Notes under the pieces: model-generated
Databases searched by the model: none
Told to the model about the DNA's origin: nothing
The model's input: only the letters and a program-made list of their open reading frames with translations
Program-made: the position numbers and the translations under genes
In this document: piece after piece, positions 10,052 through 19,682 of the stretch
Position numbering within the stretch: position 1 is the first letter of the stretch
Layout: each line of letters starts with the position of its first letter
DNA from: an uncultured Trueperaceae bacterium
Lineage (GTDB): Bacteria; Deinococcota; Deinococci; Deinococcales; Trueperaceae
Direction of reading: 5' to 3'
Length of the DNA stretch: 64,000 nucleotides
NCBI GenBank assembly: GCA_963799485.1
Contig: CAWCXJ010000007.1
Location: 256,001-320,000 of the forward strand

Positions 10052-11638
10052 TCAAAACCCGACGGCCTGCCCGTCTTTACGGTGGTCTGAGGCGGCTAAG
10101 TAACCGTCTTCCAGCCTATAAATCAGCTGCGCCCCGCCGAACGAAAAACTCGCTTCGGGCGCGGTCTCGGTAAGCTGATGGCCCCTTGCGCTCAGTTCAT
10201 CCAACACGTCAGGCTTAAACCCCTTTTCGACGGCGACCTCGAGCCCCTCGACGACCCGCCAGCGCGGAGCGTCCGACGCCGTTTGCGGGTTCTGCCCGTA
10301 GTCACGGAGCCGCACGACCATCTGCGCGTGCCCTTGCGGTTGCATCGGCCCGCCCATCACGCCGAAACTCATCAGCGGGTGATTGCCCTGCATCAAAAAG
10401 CCCGGAATGATGGTGTGAAAGGGGCGTTTGCCGCCTGCGACTTGGTTGGGATGGCCCTTTTCCAGCGTAAAGCCCGCCCCCCGGTTTTGCATACTGATAC
10501 CGGTTCCGGGAACCACTATGCCCGAACCGAAGCCGTAATAGTTCGACTGAATCAGCGAAACCATCATGCCGCCCGCATCGGCGGTGCTCAGGTAGACGGT
10601 GCCGCCGCGTTGCGGGACGCCGTAGCCGGGGTTTTGGGCGCGGGTCATGTCGATGAGCTCCGCGCGTTCGGCGAGGTAGTCGGGGTCTAAGAGCGCGTGG
10701 GGTGACACGTCCTCAAAGTCCGGGTCGCTCACGTAACGGTGCGCGTCGGCAAACGCGAGTTTCATCGCTTCAATCTGTACGTGCAGGCTGTCGGCGGAGT
10801 CCACACCGTAATCGGCGACCGGATGATGTTCTAAAATCCCGAGCATCAGCAGCGCGGCGAGTCCCTGACCGTTCGGCGGGATTTCGTGGAGCGTCGCGCC
10901 CCGGTAGCCTTGTGAAATCGTTCCGACCCAATCGGCCTGGTGGTTGGCAAAGTCAGACTCGGTGAAGAGGCTGCTGTGGGCGCTCGAGTCCGCTACCATC
11001 TTCTGCGCCAGCTCGCCCCGGTAAAACGCTTCACCTCTGGTTGCGGCAATCTGTTCTAGAGTTTTCGCCTGGTCTTCAAAGCGGAACAGTTCGCCGGGTT
11101 TGGGCGCGCGGCCTTCCGGTAAAAATCCTGCACTAAACGCAGGCATATCGGCAAACGCTCGTTCGGCAGAGGCCCACGCTTTTGCGGTGATGGGGGAGAC
11201 GAGAAAGCCTTCACGAGCATAGTGAACCGCCGGTTCAAAAAGCTGCTCGAACGGTAGTTTGCCGAAGCGCTCCGAAAGCGTCACCCAGCCCGACACCGCG
11301 CCCGGTACGGTTACGGCGTCCCAGCCCCGCAGCGGCATACTGCCTTGGCCTGCAAACCGTTCAGGTGTCAAGGCTGCCGGGGAGCGTCCCGACGCGTTGA
11401 GTCCGTACAGTTCTCGTCCGTCCCAGAGAATCGCAAAAAGGTCTGAACCGATGCCGTTCGAGGTAGGTTCGACGACCGTTTTGGCAATCGCGGCGGCGAT
11501 GGCGGCGTCTACGGCGTTGCCGCCCCGGTAGAGCATCTGTAATCCGGCTTGCGCGGCTAGGGGTTGCGAGGTTGCCACGACGTTTTTGGCCAAAACCGGC
11601 ATCCGCTGTGACGGGTAGGGAAAACCGTAAGTAAACAT
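10052..11638 (-). CDS. gamma-glutamyltransferase family (Ntn hydrolase, YwrD-like)
   Basis: VATSQPLA, GGNAVDAAIA, VTVPGAV, nucleophile T in GGTVYLST, KRPFHTIIP, GVMGG.MQPQGH, SD.RKDG. Confidence 0.93.
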   Translation of the reverse strand: MFTYGFPYPSQRMPVLAKNVVATSQPLAAQAGLQMLYRGGNAVDAAIAAAIAKTVVEPTSNGIGSDLFAILWDGRELYGLNASGRSPAALTPERFAGQGSMPLRGWDAVTVPGAVSGWVTLSERFGKLPFEQLFEPAVHYAREGFLVSPITAKAWASAERAFADMPAFSAGFLPEGRAPKPGELFRFEDQAKTLEQIAATRGEAFYRGELAQKMVADSSAHSSLFTESDFANHQADWVGTISQGYRGATLHEIPPNGQGLAALLMLGILEHHPVADYGVDSADSLHVQIEAMKLAFADAHRYVSDPDFEDVSPHALLDPDYLAERAELIDMTRAQNPGYGVPQRGGTVYLSTADAGGMMVSLIQSNYYGFGSGIVVPGTGISMQNRGAGFTLEKGHPNQVAGGKRPFHTIIPGFLMQGNHPLMSFGVMGGPMQPQGHAQMVVRLRDYGQNPQTASDAPRWRVVEGLEVAVEKGFKPDVLDELSARGHQLTETAPEASFSFGGAQLIYRLEDGYLAASDHRKDGQAVGF

Positions 11639-11649
11639 AAAACTCCTGC

Positions 11650-12192
11650 CTAACGAAAGAAGGCGACGCCGAGCGCACCACCGACGACAATCAAGAGCGC
11701 CGGGTGAACGTTAAAGCGAACCGATAAGGCAAACGCTGCAATTGCCAAGAGCCAAAGCGCCCAATTGCCGAGCCACGCGCCCGGACTCCCGAAAGCACTC
11801 GGGATAAAGTCGTAAACGACCAGCGCCAAGAGCGCAATGACAATCGGGCGCACACCCCGTAAAAAGCCGTTGATGACCGGTGCGTCACGGAAACGGACGA
11901 AAAACGCCGCGAGCGCAATCATGGCTAAAATCGTCGGCACCGCGATTCCGGCGAGACCCATGACCGCGCCGCCCCACCCGCCGACCTTGTAGCCGACGTA
12001 TCCCGCCAACTTGGTGGCAATCGGGCCGGGGAGCGCATTGCCGAAGGCGAACGCGTCTAGGAACTCTTCTCGAGACAACCAGCCCTTGACGTCCACAACT
12101 TCATTTTGAATCAGCGGAATCATCGAGGGGCCGCCGCCGAAACCGAACACGCCGACCTTGCCAAACGACCAGAACAGGTCAAAAAGGAGCAT
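11650..12192 (-). CDS. short-chain chromate transporter (CHR) family protein
   Basis: FGKVG.FGFGGG, WLS.EEF, PGPIA, GY...G..GA; single CHR domain. Confidence 0.88.
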   Translation of the reverse strand: MLLFDLFWSFGKVGVFGFGGGPSMIPLIQNEVVDVKGWLSREEFLDAFAFGNALPGPIATKLAGYVGYKVGGWGGAVMGLAGIAVPTILAMIALAAFFVRFRDAPVINGFLRGVRPIVIALLALVVYDFIPSAFGSPGAWLGNWALWLLAIAAFALSVRFNVHPALLIVVGGALGVAFFR

Positions 12193-12240
12193 AAGGGTCT
12201 ATTCTGACACCAGCGGACGCCGTAATAGGTTTGACCACCT

Positions 12241-13125
12241 CTAGGCGTCCTCTTTGGGCTCGAGCGCGTCCCGCAACCCGTCCCCGAACAGGTTAAACGC
12301 CAGCACCGTGACAAAGATACTGACCCCCGGCCAGACCGCCATCCACGGCGCTTGCGCCATAAAACCCTTGGCGACGTTGAGCATCCCGCCCCAACTCGGC
12401 GTCGGCGGCTGCACCCCGAGACCTAAAAATGAGAGCGACGACTCGGCGATAATCGCCTGGGCAATCGTCAGCGTCGCCTGCACCAAGAGCGGCGTAAAGC
12501 TGTTCGGCAAGATGTGCCGGACGATGATACGCCGGTCGTAACCGCCCAGAGCCCTCGCTGCCTGCACGTACTCTTCAGCTTTGACGGCTAAGACCTGCCC
12601 CCGCGTCAAACGGATAAAGGTCGGGGCGCTGGCAATCCCGATGGCGATCATCGCATTTTGCAAACTCGGCCCGAGCGCGGCGGCGAGCGCTACCGCGAGG
12701 ATTAAAAAGGGAAACGACAGCACGGCGTCGGTAAAGCGCATAATGAGTTCGTCCCAGAAGCCGCCGTAAAACCCGGAAATCAGCCCGAGCGGGACGCCGA
12801 TAAGCATCGCAATCACCACCGAAATGACCCCGGCTAAGAGGCTTGCGCGAGCGCCGAAGATTACACGTGAGAGCACATCTCGCCCTACGTCGTCGGTGCC
12901 CAGCAGGTATTCGGCACTCGGAGCCTGACGCACCGACAAAAAATCAGGCGTTGCCGGTTCGTACGGGGCGAGCTGAGGCGCAAAAACGGCTAAAACGACG
13001 AAAAAAACGATGATGAACGTGCCAAAGAGAGCCAGAGGACTCCGCCGAAACCGTTTGAGGGCGCGGTTCGGGGGGCGCTGGGGGCCGCCTTCAACCTCTG
13101 TAAGTGGCGTGGCAACTTCGCTCAT
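12241..13125 (-). CDS. peptide/nickel ABC transporter permease (DppC/OppC-like)
   Basis: LGTDDVGRDVLSR, EYVQAARALG, RHILPN, ESSLSFLGLG..PP.PSWG. Confidence 0.93.
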   Translation of the reverse strand: MSEVATPLTEVEGGPQRPPNRALKRFRRSPLALFGTFIIVFFVVLAVFAPQLAPYEPATPDFLSVRQAPSAEYLLGTDDVGRDVLSRVIFGARASLLAGVISVVIAMLIGVPLGLISGFYGGFWDELIMRFTDAVLSFPFLILAVALAAALGPSLQNAMIAIGIASAPTFIRLTRGQVLAVKAEEYVQAARALGGYDRRIIVRHILPNSFTPLLVQATLTIAQAIIAESSLSFLGLGVQPPTPSWGGMLNVAKGFMAQAPWMAVWPGVSIFVTVLAFNLFGDGLRDALEPKEDA

Positions 13126-14075
13126 GTGCTTCTACCTATCTGAATGCGCGGGTTCACCAGCGCGTAGGCCACATCTACGAGCAGGTTGATAAAGATGTAC
13201 GCTGCCGAAGTAAACAGCACGACGCCCTGTACCACGGCGTAATCGCGGTTAAAGACAGCGTCTACGACGAGCTTGCCGAAACCTGGAATGGTAAAGACCT
13301 GTTCGGTTAAAACGGCACCCGACAAAAGCGCTCCCATCTGCAAGCCGAAAATCGTAATCACCGGAATCAGCGCGTTACGGAGCGCGTGCCGCAGCACGAC
13401 GCGGCGTTTTAGCAGCCCTTTGGCCTGCGCCGTGCGGACGTAATCTTGCTTCAACACGTCCAGCATCGAACTGCGGAGCTGCCGCATCAACACCGCTGCC
13501 AAGCCCGTTCCCAACACGAACGCAGGCATAATCATCCGCTGCAGATTACCGAGCGGGTCGCTGCCGAATTCGACGTAACCCGAGGCGGGCAGCAGACCCC
13601 ACTGCACCGAAAAGAGCAAAATCAGCATGATGCCAAGCCAGAAGTTCGGCAACGACAAGCCTGAGAGCGCAAAAAAGGTGCCGATGTAATCTATCGCCGT
13701 ATTTTTGCGCACCGCCGACAAGATGCCCACCGGCAGCGCAATCAAGAGCGCGACGAGCATACTCAGCAGTGCGAGTTCTACCGTTACCGGGAGCTTTTGC
13801 CAGATGAGCTGCGTCACGGGTTGATTCGTGCGGATGGACTGACCCAAATCGCCCCGTAAAACCTGAGCGAGCCACGCCACGTACTGCACCGGCACCGGGT
13901 CGTCCAAGCGGTAGCGTTCACGGATAAAGGCGATGACTTCGGGGTCGCGCTGCTCTCCGGCGATAATAAGGGCCGGGTCGCCGGGGAGCAGCCGCTGAAT
14001 CCCAAAAACCATCAGCGTGACGATAATTAGCGTGGGAATCGCGGTTAAGAAGCGTTTAACGATAAAGAGCAGCAT
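13122..14075 (-). CDS. peptide/nickel ABC transporter permease (DppB/OppB-like)
   Basis: LPGDPA, GDLG.S, DYVRTA.AKGL, HALRNALIP, RDY.VVQG; start taken at ATG 14075. Confidence 0.93.
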   Translation of the reverse strand: MLLFIVKRFLTAIPTLIIVTLMVFGIQRLLPGDPALIIAGEQRDPEVIAFIRERYRLDDPVPVQYVAWLAQVLRGDLGQSIRTNQPVTQLIWQKLPVTVELALLSMLVALLIALPVGILSAVRKNTAIDYIGTFFALSGLSLPNFWLGIMLILLFSVQWGLLPASGYVEFGSDPLGNLQRMIMPAFVLGTGLAAVLMRQLRSSMLDVLKQDYVRTAQAKGLLKRRVVLRHALRNALIPVITIFGLQMGALLSGAVLTEQVFTIPGFGKLVVDAVFNRDYAVVQGVVLFTSAAYIFINLLVDVAYALVNPRIQIGRST

Positions 14076-14109
14076 CAGTGTTTTAGCATCGCCAGTGTGA
14101 CCTCTCGAG

Positions 14110-14140
14110 CGCATCCCACACAGCTTTTGTGTGGGATGCG
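14110..14140. other. perfect 13-bp stem-loop between ABC solute-binding gene and permease
   Basis: CGCATCCCACACA-GCTTT-TGTGTGGGATGCG; typical position for an mRNA-stabilising or partial-termination hairpin. Confidence 0.7.
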
Positions 14141-14155
14141 GAGCTAAAGCCTAAT

Positions 14156-15652
14156 TTAGTTGAGCGTCACACCTTGCCAGCGGATAATGCCGTCCGGATA
14201 GGCGTTAAAGCCTTCCAACGCGCTCACATGCGGGAAAAACAGGTTCTGGTGGTACAGATAGATGATGTTGCGGTTCGGCAGGTAGATTTCACCGGCCTGG
14301 TCGTACAACGCTTTGCGCTCCGCCATATCTGAAACCGACCGGGCCTCGTTTAGCAGCCTATCGACTTCGGGGTCACAGTAACCGGTTTCGTTAAGCGTCC
14401 CTTCGCACGTTTGATACTGGTGAATGTTGCCGTCCGGGTCGATGCGGCCCGACCAGCCGACCTGAAACGCTTCGTAGTCGCCCTGCTCCTGAAAGTCGAG
14501 GGCGCTGGCAAATTCGGTGGCGCGCAGCGAGATGTCAAAGCCCGCCTCGGCCCCGAGCGCCTGAATGACCTCACCCAAACGCACCGATTCGGGATTGTTG
14601 CCGACCATCAGCTCGAACGCGACGCGCTCGAACCCGGCTTCTTGCAAGAGGGCTTTTGCCTGTTCGACGTTGCGTTCAGAGACGGGATAGGCTTCGTTGT
14701 ACCAGGGACTGCTCGGCGGGACGGGCTGGTTGCCGACGATAAACTCGCCGTTGAAAACAGCCTGATTGATGACGTTACGGTCGAGCGCGAGTTCTAACGC
14801 TTCGCGTACCTGCGGGCTGCTCGCTAGGGGTGTACCCAACGGTTCAGGGTTCGAGAGGTTGATGGTGATGCCCTGATAGCCTAAACTCGGCGCGGACGGC
14901 AGCGTTAGGTTCGGGTCGTTGCGGATAGTCTCTAGGTCGGTTGGGGCGGGGCGTTCGATCATCTGCAGGTCGCCCGACTGCAAGTTGGCAAGCCGCACGC
15001 TGGTGTCGGGAATCGCTAAAAAGACGATCTGGTCTAAACTGATGCTCTGTGCGTCCCAATAGTCGGGGAACCGTTCGACGACGATACGGTCTTGCGCGAC
15101 GCGCTCCTTGAACGAAAACGGCCCCGCGCAGACCGGCGCGTTACCGAAGTTTTCCCCTTCGGCTTCGGCGGCCTCGGGCGAGACCATCATCCCGGCGCGG
15201 TCGGCGAGTTGCGCGACAATCGGCGCAAAAGGTTGTGACAAGTTGAGCCGGACGGTGTTCTCGTCGACGACTTCGACGCTCTCTAACTGCTCCAACTCAC
15301 TCGCGCGGTTCGAGCCGGGCAGGTTTTTCGAGCGCTCGAGGTTATATTTTACGGCCTCGGCGTCCATCGCCGTACCGTCGTGAAACTTTACGCCGTCACG
15401 AATATCGATGGTCAACGACAGGTTATCGTCGGAAAATTCGTAGCCGGTGGCGAGCTGAGGAATGATCTCCGCATTTTGGTCGATGTCGAAAAGTTTGTCG
15501 CAGAGGCTGGCAAAGACGATGCGGCCCACGTAGGTGCGACCGAGGTCGGGGTCTAGGAGGTCGGGGTCTTCGTTGAGACCAACCCGGACGGTCTGGGCTA
15601 AGCTGCTTGCAGTTAAACCTAAAACGAGGACGCTCCCTAAAAACCTTTTCAT
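14156..15652 (-). CDS. ABC transporter substrate-binding protein, family 5 (peptide-type)
   Basis: Signal peptide, LDP, P.LA..Y, IRDGVKFHDG, GPF, VREALELALDR; AGGAGG RBS. Confidence 0.93.
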   Translation of the reverse strand: MKRFLGSVLVLGLTASSLAQTVRVGLNEDPDLLDPDLGRTYVGRIVFASLCDKLFDIDQNAEIIPQLATGYEFSDDNLSLTIDIRDGVKFHDGTAMDAEAVKYNLERSKNLPGSNRASELEQLESVEVVDENTVRLNLSQPFAPIVAQLADRAGMMVSPEAAEAEGENFGNAPVCAGPFSFKERVAQDRIVVERFPDYWDAQSISLDQIVFLAIPDTSVRLANLQSGDLQMIERPAPTDLETIRNDPNLTLPSAPSLGYQGITINLSNPEPLGTPLASSPQVREALELALDRNVINQAVFNGEFIVGNQPVPPSSPWYNEAYPVSERNVEQAKALLQEAGFERVAFELMVGNNPESVRLGEVIQALGAEAGFDISLRATEFASALDFQEQGDYEAFQVGWSGRIDPDGNIHQYQTCEGTLNETGYCDPEVDRLLNEARSVSDMAERKALYDQAGEIYLPNRNIIYLYHQNLFFPHVSALEGFNAYPDGIIRWQGVTLN

Positions 15653-15805
15653 GTTCCTCCTCCTTACCGCAGATGTGTTTACGGTGAGTTTTTGCGCATT
15701 AAGCAGAGTTTATGTAATTTCACCACGCATTGTCAAGTTTATACAGCTTATGTTAAGGTTATGCGCAGAACTAAAGGCGGTTCTGTAGAACCTCTCGAGG
15801 TAACG

Positions 15806-16282
15806 ATGACTTTAGACCGGCTCGACCAACAGCTTATCAGCGCCTTGGAGGACGACGGACGCCGCCCCTACCGCGACATTGCCCGCGATTTGGACGTTGC
15901 CGAAGCGACGGTGCGTTTACGGGTCTCGAGGCTCATCGACGCCGGACTGATCCGCATCACCGCAGTCGGCGACCCGCTGAGTTTAGGCATCGAAGTTGCC
16001 GCTATCAGCTTGCTCTCGGTTCGGCCCGGTAGCGCGGCCCAAACGGCGGAACAGCTCGCGGCTTATCCGAACGTGCGCTTTGTCGGCGAGTCGTTCGGCT
16101 CGGCGGACATCATCATTCAGACGCTGCACCCCGACATCAAGAGTTTGCACCACTTTATCGGGACAGAATTGCCGGGGGCGCTCCCGGGTATCACCCGCAC
16201 CGAGACCTTTCAACTGGCGCGGGTCGTAAAAAGCACCTGGAACTGGCGGGCGTGGTTTGAACAGGGGAGGGGGAAAGGTTAG
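15806..16282 (+). CDS. Lrp/AsnC family transcriptional regulator
   Basis: LDRLDQQLI..LEDDGR.PY.DIA..L.V.EATVR.RV.RL; divergent from the ABC/CHR/GGT operon. Confidence 0.9.
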   Translation: MTLDRLDQQLISALEDDGRRPYRDIARDLDVAEATVRLRVSRLIDAGLIRITAVGDPLSLGIEVAAISLLSVRPGSAAQTAEQLAAYPNVRFVGESFGSADIIIQTLHPDIKSLHHFIGTELPGALPGITRTETFQLARVVKSTWNWRAWFEQGRGKG

Positions 16283-16421
16283 GCTTGCGCTTTCACACGG
16301 CCTAAAAGGGTCGTTACCGTACTGGCAGCAAGAAACAGGGAGAGCTTTGGAACCGTGACGGTTGTTCTTTCCGCCGTAAAGTCACAAACGCTGCTCAAAC
16401 GTCCGCACGACCTAAAACGAG

Positions 16422-16967
16422 CTACTTCGCGCGAGCAAAAACCTGCACCCAGTAATCCCCGCTCTTGCCGACGCCCAGCACCGTGTACCCCGGATTCATC
16501 AGAGTGGCGCAGTGCCCGTCGCTCTCCAGCCAGCCGCTCATCACCTCGTCTACGTTTTTATAGCCTTGCGCGAGGTTCTCGCCGACCCTAGACCAGCGGT
16601 AGCCCGTCCGGGAGACGCGCACGCCTACGGTGCTGCCGTCCGGTGCAGTGTGGCTGAAATAACCCTGCGCGTTCATGTCGTCGGCGTGAGCTTGGGCGGC
16701 GGCGCTAAGGCGGGGCTCGAGCCCTACCCCTGTCGCCGCCTCAAAAACGCCTTTTGCGCCGCAATCTTGACCTGCTGTGCGCGCCGCGTTGACCTGCGCC
16801 AACATTTTGCGTGCGGTTTCGGTTGGGGGCGGTGCAGCTTCGTCGGCCTCAGGGACCGGTGCACCCGGTAAACTACACGCAGATAGAGTAAAGGCCAGCA
16901 AAACCAAGCTCAAGCCTTTGAGAAGAGGTAAATAGGGGTGCTTTAGCTGCCGCTGCTGCGTCGCCAT
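16422..16967 (-). CDS. CAP/SCP domain lipoprotein
   Basis: Lipobox LSAC; L..AAQAHA.DM...YFSH, GEN.A.G, WL.S.GHC..LM. Confidence 0.88.
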   Translation of the reverse strand: MATQQRQLKHPYLPLLKGLSLVLLAFTLSACSLPGAPVPEADEAAPPPTETARKMLAQVNAARTAGQDCGAKGVFEAATGVGLEPRLSAAAQAHADDMNAQGYFSHTAPDGSTVGVRVSRTGYRWSRVGENLAQGYKNVDEVMSGWLESDGHCATLMNPGYTVLGVGKSGDYWVQVFARAK

Positions 16968-17027
16968 ACCCTTAATTTAAGCGGTTTTACGGCGACGCGG
17001 AGGTCTAAAACTTCACGACCCAGAGTT

Positions 17028-17510
17028 TTACGGTGCAGCGTGCGTTTGCACCTTGCGCTCTGGAACCTGCGTCGCCTGCGCCGCGTAGCGCCCTACCGCG
17101 AGCAAGCCAACGCCGTAAAAGAGCGCCGCTACGCCGAGGAGTACGGTGGGGTAAAGGGTAGGACTGCCAATCAGCCAGATAAAGAGCGCAAACCAGACCG
17201 GCGCAGCGAGCAAGATACCCTCGAGCAGCGCCGCCGTCAGCGCCCCCGCCTGCGCGCCGCCGCGCGCGCTCAAGGTGCCGAGCAAGTAGGTGGCGGGTAG
17301 CTCGAGCAGCGCCAGGCCTACAAACATCTGTGCGGTCAGGTTAGACGCCGCGGGTTCAGGGCTCAAGACAAAAAAAAGGACTCCCCAGGCCAGCGCTGCT
17401 TGCCCTGCTTGCCCCCAGAAAGCCAGTAAAAACAGCGTTCTCAGCGCCCCGGCTGCCTGCGCCCGCGTCGGCGCGTCGCTCTTTAGGAAGGTTTGTAACG
17501 CCGTAAACAC
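17028..17510 (-). CDS. hypothetical membrane protein
   Basis: 160-aa ORF with about four hydrophobic segments. Confidence 0.65.
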   Translation of the reverse strand: MFTALQTFLKSDAPTRAQAAGALRTLFLLAFWGQAGQAALAWGVLFFVLSPEPAASNLTAQMFVGLALLELPATYLLGTLSARGGAQAGALTAALLEGILLAAPVWFALFIWLIGSPTLYPTVLLGVAALFYGVGLLAVGRYAAQATQVPERKVQTHAAP

Positions 17511-17661
17511 GAGCTAAACTATACCCGAAGCTGCAGGGCGACACCCTCACGGTAAACTTGGCCCATCGACTCTCGTTATCCTGTCGGCCCGTTTTCTTTA
17601 ACACACGCCGACTGAAGCCAACCGTGCCGTGTGGTCTTTACAGGCCGTGTGGTCTTTTCGG

Positions 17662-17796
17662 CTAGTGCGAATCCGGGGTGTCTTCGGCAGATTCGGCGGC
17701 GAGTGCGTGTCCGGCAAAGGTCAGCATCCCGGCGACAAGCGTAACCCCGGAAAAAACGAGTACGCTGTTGACTGCAATTTGAATAACCGTGTCCAT
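17662..17796 (-). CDS. 44-aa single-pass small membrane protein (not in ORF track)
   Basis: GGAGG RBS 4 nt before ATG; MDTVIQIAVNSVLVFSGVTLVAGMLTFAGHALAAESAEDTPDSH*. Confidence 0.55.
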   Translation of the reverse strand: MDTVIQIAVNSVLVFSGVTLVAGMLTFAGHALAAESAEDTPDSH

Positions 17797-17952
17797 ACTG
17801 CCTCCTGAGGCTTCCAGTGTACGCTATCAGCGCAACTCGGTTTTGTTGTAAACTCCAAGCCGCCAAGCGAACCGGCTGGATGAGCGCCGCTGAAACCGCC
17901 GGATGTAAGGTTTTCCCTTGCCCAAACAGGTGTTATCCTCCATATTAAGCCT

Positions 17953-18933
17953 ATGAGAGACTATGCCATCGCCCCTACCGCGCAGCGCCTCGCCGAAGAG
18001 AACAACGTCGACTGGCGTGTACTCGAGGGCAGCGGTGAAGGGGGCAGCGTCGTCGAGCGTGACGTTTTGGGCTACCTCGCGCGGGTGATGCAGGGCGAAG
18101 AAGCGACCAACCCGACCCCTGAACCCTTACCTGAGGGCTTGAGCGCCTGGCCCGAAGAACCCGAGCGCCGCCGGGGTGCAGACCGTAAAGCGGAGCGCAC
18201 GACCAATCACACCGCCCGTCGCGCCGAAAGTACTCTTGAACGTCCTGAAAACCAGAATGCTGCTGAGGCGAATCAAACTGCGCCTTTTACCATGCCGCCG
18301 GTCGCTGTGGTCAAACCGACCCCGGACGCTGAAGTGCAGTCGCCCTGGACGGTCGAAAAACCTGCCAAACCCGTCGCGGATCCAGCTAAAGCCTCTCCGC
18401 GAGCGGACTCGGAAGCTTTCAGCACCGTTTCTGAGACAACTGTCTCTGAACCTGCCCCCAAAGCCGCTGCAACTCTCGCGCCACCTGCTGAGACTGTTGC
18501 GAATACGCTTTCTACCGCGTTTTCAGCAGACGATGCGGAGGCGCACCGGGCCGAACGTGCCGAACTCGAGACCCTGAGAATCCGCGTCGCCGAACTCGAG
18601 GACGAGCGCACAAAGCACGTCAACGAACTCCACCAGCTCTCGCGGATGCAAGAGACGATTGCGCTGCAAAAAAACGAGGGCACCAAACTCGGCGCGCTCC
18701 AGAGTGAGGTGCGCGACCTCAAGGCGCAACTCGCCGCCGCGCAGCGCTCTAGCGAACGCGCCGAAGCGCTCGCAGCACATAACCGCGACCTCGAGGCGCG
18801 GCTCGTGCGCGCCCGCAACTTCAAGCGCAAGGCCAAAGCCGAATTCGAGCGGATTACAGAAGACAACATAATGCTCGAGCACGAACTCGCCGGCCTCAAA
18901 CGCTCGAAGCGGGGGCTGTTTCGCAGGAGCTAA
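17953..18933 (+). CDS. E3-binding-domain protein with low-complexity linker and coiled coil
   Basis: IAP.A.RLAEENNVDWR.L.GSG.GG.VVERDVL.YLA N-terminus; Pro/Ala-rich middle; heptad-rich C-terminus. Confidence 0.8.
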   Translation: MRDYAIAPTAQRLAEENNVDWRVLEGSGEGGSVVERDVLGYLARVMQGEEATNPTPEPLPEGLSAWPEEPERRRGADRKAERTTNHTARRAESTLERPENQNAAEANQTAPFTMPPVAVVKPTPDAEVQSPWTVEKPAKPVADPAKASPRADSEAFSTVSETTVSEPAPKAAATLAPPAETVANTLSTAFSADDAEAHRAERAELETLRIRVAELEDERTKHVNELHQLSRMQETIALQKNEGTKLGALQSEVRDLKAQLAAAQRSSERAEALAAHNRDLEARLVRARNFKRKAKAEFERITEDNIMLEHELAGLKRSKRGLFRRS

Positions 18934-19169
18934 AAGGCCAGCCTAGAAAACGCACAGTAAAAACCACAGTGCAGCACCGGTTGCCCCGGATATTTCGGCA
19001 GTTCGGGCCGGGTGCAGCGGAGAAACACGCTTTCTCGGCTGCTCCGCACCAGCCGGGCAGCGGCGCAGCCGCCGCAAAGCCCGCCACGCGCAGCTTTTAG
19101 TAGCGCCGCGCGGTCGTCTGCGCTGCTCTTCTCGTCGTCTGGGTCGTTATTCGGCAGGTTCGCTGTCAC
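18930..19169 (-). CDS. small Cys-rich hypothetical protein
   Basis: GLCGGC...SVFLRC...PKYP.QPVLHC; overlaps the end of nqo15. Confidence 0.65.
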   Translation of the reverse strand: MTANLPNNDPDDEKSSADDRAALLKAARGGLCGGCAAARLVRSSRESVFLRCTRPELPKYPGQPVLHCGFYCAFSRLAF

Positions 19170-19632
19170 TGCTGTACAAGGTGTCGGCGAGCTTAAAGAG
19201 CATCTCGCGGGTGAATATACGTTTGCCCTCGACCAGTGTACCTTTGTCGGCGTTATAGGTCAGGGTGCGGTAGGTGTGCGACTCGAACGGGTGCAGCCCA
19301 ATCTCTTTGAATACTGTGTGGCGCGGGGAAGCGTCGACCAGCAGGACAGGACGTCCCTTGAGGTCTGATAGCGAGGCGGACATAATTGTCGTAGGCAGGT
19401 CGTAAGGGCGCTCCATCCGGTAGATGTAGTCGGGGAAATCCGCTTCTTTTTCGAACATGGCGTGGGGGTGTTCGGCGGCGTACTCGAGCAGCCAACCCAA
19501 GAGCTTCTCCCAGGCAGCGTAAAAGGCGGCGTGGTCGGCGGCCTTTCGGTCTGCACGTGTATCTACCGGGGCCGGAGTTGGGCCGGTGTCGGAAAGCGGT
19601 TTTTCGGAGAGCGTACCGTCACGTTCAGTCAT
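19147..19632 (-). CDS. nqo15: NADH-quinone oxidoreductase subunit 15
   Basis: FEKEADFPDYIYRMERPYDLPTTIMSASLSD..SPRH closely matches Thermus Nqo15. Confidence 0.9.
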   Translation of the reverse strand: MTERDGTLSEKPLSDTGPTPAPVDTRADRKAADHAAFYAAWEKLLGWLLEYAAEHPHAMFEKEADFPDYIYRMERPYDLPTTIMSASLSDLKGRPVLLVDASPRHTVFKEIGLHPFESHTYRTLTYNADKGTLVEGKRIFTREMLFKLADTLYSSDSEPAE

Positions 19633-19682
19633 GCGCCTAGTTTACCCTTATCACCGCGCCGTAACCGGGATAGAATAGCTTT

